Assembly (NCBI GenBank): GCA_028534125.1
Contig: CM052817.1
Location: 16,370,001-16,434,000 of the forward strand
DNA from: Lama glama
Taxonomy: Eukaryota
DNA: 64,000 nucleotides
Direction of reading: 5' to 3'
The translations under genes and the position numbers were made by a program. The notes under the pieces are model-generated. The model saw only the letters and a program-made list of their open reading frames with translations. It did no database searches and was not told the origin of the DNA. Numbering within the stretch: position 1 is the first letter of the stretch; every line of letters starts with the position of its first letter. This document shows positions 53,871 through 64,000 of the stretch, piece after piece.

Positions 53871-55011
53871 CTACAAAATAAAAGTTTGAGTCTGAAAACA
53901 AAACGAATAGACACTAAAACATTTTAAGTATTTATCATAATCCTACTTCTAGTAGCTTATTTTCATTTTAGTAATCAAAATTAATCTAGCAAATTTTCAC
54001 TGGAATTTTCAAAATAATCTAAGAAACTTTGATTTCTGTAGTCAAAAACGTAATCGCCTTATTGGCATTCCACATCCTTTTTCTTAAGAGTCGGACATCC
54101 TAATTAATTCTCAACAAATTGTATTAAAATTGAAATTTCTCACCCAGGAATATTTAACTGCACTCATAACCTTTTCAATTTTCACAATCTAAAAGAAACT
54201 GATGTGCTAGATATTTTAAATAAGCCAATTAGGTTTTAATGCCACGTATCACTAATGCAATTATATGGAAGATTTGCTTCATTGTGCCTAATGAGAACAT
54301 ACACCTCTACAGCATCAACATAGATATTTAAGAACTAGGTTAACCCAAATATCTTAGAGCCTCTTCAAAAATTTCCCTACTACAGATAACCAATGCATCT
54401 GCATTCAAATCTAGGTTTAAGGAGAGGATACAAAATGAGTATTAAGAGCATGTGAGAGACAGAGACAGGTGGAAGCTCTAGGGGATGGCAAAGGGACTTA
54501 AAAACAGGAAGGAAGCAATATTTTAAATTTTTCAGAAGCTTTAATTCAGTTAAACTCAATTAAATTATTTGGCAGTTTGTCCAAAGAATGATTCAATCAG
54601 AAGTTACTTTTATCAACAAATTATCTTTTACTCAAAAGACAGAATAATTTTTTAAAAAATTTGACCAGGTAAATTTATTATTGTATCAAGCTAGGATAAT
54701 TTTCTCTAAAATGATTTTTAACCAAAGTGCAACTCTGTTTCCGTGTAAAAAGAATATAAAGATTCTGGATACTTAAAAACAAAAAAATATTTTTTTCATC
54801 TATTTCAAACACACCAGTTTTCTTCAATAATAGATTAAGTGGAAATTGTGACACAGAAAATTACTATTAAGGATTCGATGTAATAGTTTCTCTTGAGATC
54901 TAAAGTTTCCAACAAATGAAAAGTTTGCTATTCACTGAAAGATAAAATATAACAAATGAAAACAAATATTTTTAGAAAAAAATACTTTCAAATGCTGTAT
55001 CTAGATTAGAA

Positions 55012-55024
55012 TGCCCCCTGCTGG
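55012..55024 (-). promoter_or_regulatory. CTCF core motif CCAGCAGGGGGCA
   Basis: Near-consensus CCASYAGRKGGCR in an otherwise AT-rich intron. Confidence 0.55.
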
Positions 55025-56224
55025 TATACAAATACAAATTAGATCTTTTCCAAATTAAAAAAAAAACCAATATAAATCGAAAGCTAGATTTCTTTTATAC
55101 ATAAAAAAAACTACAGGAAAATTGATGCCAATATTCAGAAGATTTTCAATTTTGTTAGTTCAATGATATATCTGACTGGAAAGTAAATGGTCAGAAGTCA
55201 CCAAACCCCAGATAATGTATTACAAAATTAAGTGCCCCAAATCAAGCATTTGCAAACTCCAGAATTTTAACAAGGTAATACCAACTTTACTTGTAACTAT
55301 AAACTATCCAATCTGCTAAGCATGGATAGAGCTCAAGCAAAATTGCTACTGCATGGGATATAAAGACAGCTCTAAAAGAGGGAGGGGAAAAAGTCCCACA
55401 CCACTTATGTTTTTACATAAACAAGGTTCTAAATTCTGTTTTTAAACTCTGCAACGAAATTTTCCCTAAATTTAACCAAACTTCCAGAAAGTCAACATTG
55501 TCAGTTCGAAAGATCACAAAGCTCACTGACATTCATTAGCACAATGTAACTTCTCCTTAGTCATGAACTGAGAAAAAAGTTTAGGAGTCTCTGAATTGTG
55601 GAAAGACATTCAGCTGCAAAAGTATCAATATATGTTGGTAAATTAATTTGGACCCTACTAATTTAAAATCTAGACTCCTGCACATAGAAAAAAACATTTT
55701 GCCTAGCAAAATTAAAGATAAAAGAATGTCAACATCTTCAAGTATCTACTTACAAACAATTGATATTTCAATTACAATCATTCTTATCTAATTCAGTAGA
55801 TTACCTCCTCCAAAAAGTTTTACTGGGTAACATTTATATTTATTCATAGATCCAGATTTTATGGATTAATAAAAAAATGATAAAACATTCTAGAATTCAA
55901 ATCTTTTCCAACCTTTCACCAACTTAAAACTGGTCTCCTCCCAAATTAACTCAGGGGACTATAAGAAGCACTATTGTCTAAGTGGTCAAAATGGTAATAT
56001 GGTCTTAAACATTTTAAAATTTCATGAGATAACTTAATTTTATGGATGCTATTCAAATTTATTAAGACAGGAGTATTGAATTCCCAGAATCTATAATTTA
56101 ACTAAGTAAAAAAAAAAACAAAAAAAGAAAAACAGGTTCACAGACCTGAGGAATAGTAATACTTTACGTATCTTTGACAGCTTTACTCAACATAATCAAT
56201 GAAACAAAATACCTTAGGCACTTT

Positions 56225-56314
56225 TCTCCTTTCTCTTTTTTTAAAATGGAAGTACTGGAGATTGAACCTTATGCATGCTAAGCATGTGCTGTACCACTGA
56301 GCCATACCCTCCCC
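56225..56314 (-). mobile_element. tRNA-derived SINE, vic-1-like, internally deleted, with TSD
   Basis: Same family as 6890-7028; exact TSD core ttaggcacttt at 56214-56224 and 56320-56330. Confidence 0.8.
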
Positions 56315-56889
56315 TAACATTAGGCACTTTGCTACCGTCTCCCCAAAGGTCTTCAAATTTCTTAAGCTGGTCTTCTAAAGGAAACTTTAAAATGTAACAG
56401 GACGTATGTAAACCTAGTTCACATTCGAAAACCATGGTGCTTATTCCCTTCCTGTTCCCAGCTTTGGGATAGTTGCCAAAATATCAACTACAGGAAGTTA
56501 ACTCATAGAAAAGTATTTCAGGTCCTCACCGTAAGGCCATCAGATATGTCTGATGGGATTATACTATGGTCATCTGAACATAATGACTATTTTGAATAGC
56601 TGTTAAAAAAAACAAAAAACACTATGCACTTTGGAGGAAGTGAGAAACTAGAGAGAGCAGACACAAAAGAACAAAATGAATACCTTAACAGCCCTGATAT
56701 GCATTACAGGATAAACACTGTGTATATGCTATCAAAAAGCATTTGATACTCTTACTTACAAAATATATAAAAATTCTCCCATTCAAAATGCACACAAAGG
56801 AAGACTAATACCAACAGAGGTTTATCTGTAAAACTGAATTTGCAACACACCCTATTTCCCCAAAAGAACAAGTATGATTCTCTATTGCA

Positions 56890-57085
56890 AACGATTCTGC
56901 ACCACCAGGGGACATTTAGCAATGTCTGCAGACATTTCAGGTTGTCGCAACTGGGGGAGTGTAACTGCATCTAATGAGTAAAGGCTAGAGACACTAAAAA
57001 ATATCCTACAATGCACTCGGTACCCATATCAAAGAATTACTCAGCCTACAACATAAATAGTGCTATGACTGAAAAACCCTGCTCT
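56890..57085. mobile_element. MER20 DNA transposon
   Basis: ccaggggacatttagcaatgtctgcagacattt...atcctacaatgcac...aaaccctgct. Confidence 0.8.
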
Positions 57086-58485
57086 ACAGAAAAGAAACTA
57101 TGGACAATGGGGCACAAATCAAAAATCATATGGACAAAACAGAAGTGGTGCAGGAACTCAAACATGTATCAAGTTATCTCTGTAGAAACTGAATACAAAT
57201 AAAATAGTTCACATTCTACTGGAGGTAGGCAGTCACAAAGTAGACCTCTGATTTTGATATATGAGAGAACTTGGGCAATTTCCCACAATACTGTTTAGGT
57301 GGTGTCATTAAGGTGCCACAGGTATTATACTGGCTAAAACACTCACCTGGAACAGTGACCTTTAACCTAAGGCAACATAAAAATGGCCTGAAGAGCTTGT
57401 TGAAGATGCAGATTCCTATAATTTGTCCTCAGATTTCACCTGTTTCATCAAGTCTGGAACATGGCCAAGACCTTGCTTTAACAAATTCCCCTCCCCTACA
57501 CAGGCAATCCCCTGATTACACCTGAGAAAAAAAATGTTCTAGAGCAGGGATCAAAGAGTCCAAACTTTTTAGGCTGTGGTTTATATACCACCTCTGTCGC
57601 ATGTTCTTTTTTTCACATACAAATCCTTTTAAGATGTAAAAACAATTCTTAACTAGTAAACCTCACAAAAACTAAAACAGGAGAGAGTGGAGCACATGTA
57701 GCTATTTAAATTTATTGAAATTCTGTAAAATTGATATTTAAAACATCCTCACACTAGCCACATTTCAAATATTCAAAAGCCCGTATGTTGCTGTGGTTAC
57801 TATACTGAACATCAGTTACATGTTATTCCTAGCTTGGAAGAAAGTTCTAATGGAACAGCTCTGCTCTAGAACCTTGCTAGGAATAGAATCTCAAACCCTA
57901 CCTGACCTACTGAATCAGAATCTGCAAGTTTCCTAAGTAATCAGCACGTATATTAGTTTGAGAAGCACATTCTATAAAATTCACAAAGCCTATTAGAGCA
58001 AATGACAAACTTTAAGAAAACCTCTACAAAAGAGGCTTTCTAAAACTATTTTATTCATATACTTTTCTTGAGCTTATTTTCTTCAGCATTCAAGAATTTC
58101 ACAGCACACCTGTAAACATCCTGCTGGAAATGAGTTTAGAAAATGCTGCACCTGAGAATAAAATTCTAATCTTAAAAATGAGGTAAATTCTAAGGAATTT
58201 CAGTGATTCCTTCCAATCCTCAGTGAACACGTGGAAGAAGACAAAAACAAAACACAGACATTGTTTCGATGGTGGATGGGCACCCCAGTTACCTGAGTTC
58301 ACTTACGAACTGAATTAAAGACTATAATCCGATTCATAGCATCTGTGATTCAAATTCGTGACACACCACTTACCACCTAGGTCTCTCCAAAGTTAAGACA
58401 ACAATTGCTAAGTCTTGAAATTCTAAAAGCATTCAACATTCTTAATTAACTAGAACGCAAAGACTAATGGTATAAGGTATTCCTA

Positions 58486-58887
<402 letters not shown>

Positions 58888-60308
58888 TCAATTATTTGAC
58901 ACTGCCTTCAAGGGTTCTTACGTGGTCTTAAAAAACAGACGAGTAATGTTTACTGCTCTCTATAAATCAGTTATGCCTAAATAAACTGTGATTTAAAAAT
59001 CAATTACAGAAAGGCTGAGCTACAGTAAGTTATTTACATTTTAAAATGTAAGGATAAACGTGACATCCAAAAAAGAAAAGAAATGTATCTTCATGAAGCA
59101 ACACCTTAAAATCCAAAGTTTATAAAATGTATGTAAAAGGAATTGGTAAAGGACAACACTAATATGTAGTATGATTATTGTTATTAAAGCAGAACGTGAC
59201 AACCTTGCCCAAAGGAGAAAAAAGCAAAAAAAATTTTAATTAAAAAAAAAATAGTGGCACAGATATAAACTTCTCCCTTCTTGAAAATCATCTTTACTAA
59301 GCATAACTTCTTCAGAAAATTTTCTAAAACAGAAGTTTTCTACACTGTTGTGAAAAGCCATAGCTATACAAGGTTGTTCAGGTTCAGGGTTACACGACTA
59401 TACAGTCCCCTCCCTTTATGGAAATTGTTACATAATCCATTAAACATACACTTAAATAGAAGGTCCCCTCATTAAACATTCCACCAGAGTCCTTAACTTC
59501 TACTCTGAATTTCTCCAAAATTTCAATAGATCACAAAATTTAATCAATAATGATGGTACTCATAGTTATTCAAATAAAAGCATAAATTTAATTTTCATAA
59601 GCAGAATCCTCAATATCGATTTTTTTGACTCAGAATCTTTCTGCCCAGTGTACAAACCCTCTGTAACATACACTAACATGCAATACTGAGTCTAAGTTCC
59701 AGTGAATGGTGTGTGTATACACACACACACAATGTAAAACGGAAACTTCACAAACTTTGAGACAAAAATGTTAGCATATGCAGTCAGTTTTAAAGCCCTT
59801 ATCAACACAGTAACACTGGCCAGGGTAATAGTGGCATAACAGGGAAGAAGAAAAAAAAAAGACCCTGGGTTAAGCAAAGGCATTTCTGAGGAGCAGCTGG
59901 TTCTGGGCAGTTACTCCACTAGGCAGCATTATGAGATATAGTGAGTGTGCTTGTGTTGAGACAAGGAAAAAGATCTGATCCTTAAAGAAGTCCTCTGTAC
60001 TTAATAAGGGAGGGTGAGCAAAAGGCTTACAGAAACACTGTGCCATTAGGACATTTAAAAGAAAACAAAAAACTGGGTGGGTTAAAAATGGAAAAGATTT
60101 GGTTTAAAAATACATTACTAAAAAGTGGAAGTAAAGTCTAAAAGACGCAGCAAAGTAAATTAGAAAGAAAAAACCACTGCAGGCGCTCTCATCGGCTGCT
60201 TTTTTTTACAGTTGATTTTTTTTATAGTTGATTAGAAGGATCAGTATGTATTCCGTTTTTTTATATATACCTATGTATATAGGGATTAAAAAAAAACAAA
60301 AGAAATTA

Positions 60309-60509
<201 letters not shown>

Positions 60510-63254
60510 TTAGGACATTTTAAAACTAAACTTTATGATATGTGAAACACAAAGACATCCGGTAAATCAAAATTAAGCCCCTGTTCAAAACAAATGTGCT
60601 ATTGTTCTATAATCAATGGCAAAATTAAGCTTCCAGAAAAACTTTTTTGAGTGTATCAAACGTATACATTATCAAATCCTGTCAAGTGAGATTGCAATAC
60701 TGAAATGCATTGAGAAAACAAAGTAAATCAGACGGTTATGGAATATAATGAACACATGATTTCACACAAATGCGAAGCAGAACTAGTCACTTAAATATAT
60801 CTCAACAAAACAAAATTTAAAACAAACATTCAACCTGCAAAACAAAACTAAGAAACCATTTTAAGTTGCTTTTATCATCTTACATCACTAAAATGTTGTA
60901 TTTTTTTAAAGCCTTAATAACTCCCCACTTAAACTAACACAGACTTCTGGTTCGAAAGGGAACGGGTTCACAATCGCTTTCCCCAGCCCCATCCAATTCA
61001 ATAAAATGATGGTAAAGAATCACAAAAAGGAATGTATTCGTGGAATAAGGAGCAGTATTAGCACAATAGAAATGCTGATTAATACATATGGAAGAGAAAA
61101 GGCAAACAGCATTAGCTGTATCAATGAACCAAAGAGAGAAAAACCAGGCTTAGGAATAGCTCAAGAGAAGACAGCTAACATAGAATCCAGGCACTGAGAT
61201 GAAGGGTGGTTTGCCAAATGGTTGTATGGGTCAGCCATCTCCTGTCCATTCCATTCTGGCTGCTACTGTCACTAACGAGAAACAATTATCCTATGTTTGG
61301 CACCTGGACAAAACAAAGTCGGCCTGCAAACGCTGAAGTCACAGGTCATTCAGTTAAATACAAATCCATGGTTTTATTTACAGAATTAAGAGCAGCATAA
61401 AAATCTGAAGTCATCATTTATGACTTCACTATCTTGGCTCTATTTTTTACAAATTAGTCTATCTAATCTTTCACAGACCAACTTGATATTGTTAGCTAAT
61501 GCCATCTGTTGGAGCACTAAGTTCAGCAAAATGACAGTGTACACGCCAAGTGAAGCCTTCTCTTTCACCTGAACTTAATTGTAAACTAAGATTTGGCAAA
61601 CAAATCCGTCTTTATGTATTTGTGCTTCTATCTTCTTTGGTCCTATTTCAAAAAGGAAACTACCACATTCCTGGAACTGACATACCATTACCTGCAAAAT
61701 TATTTTTTATATTAAGACCATGAAAGAAAAAACAAAGCCAATTAAACTATGACTCAATGTCTTAATCACAGTGCGCCGCAATGCATGAACCAGCCACGTT
61801 ATAGCCTCTAGATGCTTGGCAATCTCTTTGATCTATTTAAGAACACTTGGTGATTTCTCCTGCCTTCATATGCTATTACTGACTCGAGTTAGGGAGTCCT
61901 TCTGCACATTATCTCAGTAACCAAACACTAAAACAGTTTCATCTACTTGTGGATAATTTCCTTAGATTTAACAAAGCTCTTGCCTGTTGCTTTGCAAAGC
62001 AAAAAAACTGAATTGGGCACTCTTTGTGAACAAGTTATCTGCTTAAATACCATCAAACTTACATTTTGCTGCTCAGTTTCCTAGCCTGCTCATTTCAACA
62101 TGGAATCCTAGTATTTTTGTTAGCAAATAAACTCAACACAAGGAATTCCAACAATATCTATCACTTATTTGAAGCAACATATACAGCTAGATCAAGTTCA
62201 AGCATTCACAGGCAATGACAACCACCTAACTTCTGTTTATAAGACCCTCACAGATTGTAAAATGCATTTAATTTCACATATTAAAACTGTGATTAAAAAT
62301 TCACTGAAGTATCAAAACTTTCACTTGAAAAATCCTTTTTAAAAAACTCTTTATTTTGATCTTTTCTCATATTCAAGCTTCAGGATCACCGTAACATATG
62401 GAGGCATTCAGAAGCAGAGCTGACCCAAATACTCATTCTTTCACATTTTTCAGGAAGAGGGGAATGGTTACAAATGGCAGTTTATAAATACTATAAATTA
62501 GACTAACGGCACTATTGTCTTCTTTTATTAACAACTTACTAAGTTAAAACGATCAACTGAACCCAAACCCTGATTCTGAGATTCTAGAGACAGACTTCTG
62601 TTAGTTCCTCAATATTAATTAGATCCAATGATCCAATTCTAAGAGATGCTACAGTTAAGCATCTCCTGCATCATCAATTAATATACGAAGCATGCTGTTT
62701 GTATAAACAGAGCTTCAGGAAAAATTTTTAAAGTTGGAAGGTCTCTAAAAGACACCATCAAATTTGCTGCTTTTCCCAGGGAAAAAACTGAGTAATAGCA
62801 GTTAACTCTGCCAGGTCTCAAAACTAGTTAAACAGCTTAGTCAGTGTAAAGATTCCCAATCCTAGACCCTACTACACTAACACACTCTCCTCAAAGTCCC
62901 AGATAAATAAGCAAAAGCGAAAAGCTACCTCATGGTTTGCTATATACTGCTAGATGTATGAAACCCTTTGCTACTTAAAAAAAAAAAAAAAGTAACCTAA
63001 TACAGAGTACAGAAAAGGAGAACCAGGTACTGGTGGTCCTATAAAAATCATAACCAGTTTTTTTTTTTTACCTAGGTCAAATTTTACTACCTTTCATTGT
63101 AGCAATCAAATATTTACCCAGACTAAGGATGAGTCACAAAAATAGTGTCACAATAATAAATTGTAATCACATAATTTTGAAGTTTCAGTAATGAACTAGT
63201 AAACTAAAATTGCTTGGGATAATCAAACTACATTTTACTGAATGCCTTATTATC

Positions 63255-63465
63255 CAGCGTTTTTCTAACTGTTGTGGGACAATGACTTGCTTAAAAAATT
63301 GTCAGCAAAAGTCACCAGCATCACTTGGGAACTGGTTAAAATACATAACTTGGGCCTCACCCCAGACCTACTTAATCAAAAACTTTGAAGGTGAAGAATA
63401 GCAATCTGTGTTGTAACAAGCTTTCACACAATTTTGATGTTTCCTAACTTGGGGAAACCACTAGT
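63255..63465. mobile_element. MER5-like hAT element
   Basis: cagcatcacttgggaactggttaaaat...gggcctcaccccagacctact...aaaccactag. Confidence 0.6.
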
Positions 63466-64000
63466 CTGAATTAATCAAGTTAAACAAGTGGCAGATTAAG
63501 CAAAGTAGATAGCTAGAGCAGCAAAAACATCCTTGGAGCGAGTCAGAACCAGTTCCTATCTCCAACCAGGACTGCTTAATAAAATAAAACAAGCCAAAAA
63601 ACCCTGTGTGCTAAATAAGCAGCATCAACTTAAGTATTTTTTGCAATGGGCTCACACAGATGGCACAGTACAACTACAAGCCAACCACCAACCCTGATCC
63701 CAGCCAATGTCACTAATTGTGATAAAAACAAAGCATGGTAAAACATTCTGTATTGCAAATGTATTATTTGTTTATAGTTTTGTGTTCAAATGTATTTATA
63801 ATTTTGGAAACACTTCAAGTAGCCTGGTTCAAAGAAAAGTCATATAGGGAAAGATTCACAGAAAGGTGACAAATGCTTTACAAAATGAACACCAGAAATT
63901 AAAAACTTTTTAATAATAATATTATTCATAACTATAATGAATGTCAATGAGTAATTCTCAAGTTATAACCGATAACAAACTTGTCTATGTGGGTAAGCAA

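Overview
Mammalian genomic DNA, most likely camelid (two copies of a tRNA-derived SINE resembling camelid vic-1). The right half (~36.8-64 kb) holds exons 4-14 of DHX15 (Prp43-like DEAH-box splicing helicase) on the minus strand. All introns are GT-AG and in phase; exons 1-3 lie beyond the window. The left end (1-2.9 kb) is a CpG island rich in CGG/CA/CG repeats. By synteny and exon structure it is the distal brain-type promoter and first exon (B1/'SSR' exon) of PPARGC1A (PGC-1alpha). This minus-strand exon encodes 29 aa and ends in a phase-0 CAG|GTAAGG donor. The middle is intergenic: MIR/L2/L1/MaLR/MER repeats, a small orphan CpG island and candidate enhancers. Most notable observations: (1) the 29-aa distal PGC-1alpha peptide resembles the exon-1 peptide of PGC-1beta, suggesting it is the ancestral first exon; (2) DHX15 intron 10 combines a PTC-generating alternative donor, a distant branch point with a 74-nt AG-exclusion zone and a hairpin, a candidate autoregulatory splicing sensor; (3) a candidate distal terminal exon and poly(A) site ~9 kb past DHX15; (4) an ERRE/DR0/NBRE nuclear-receptor cluster. 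Gene identities rest on remembered sequences; no searches were run.
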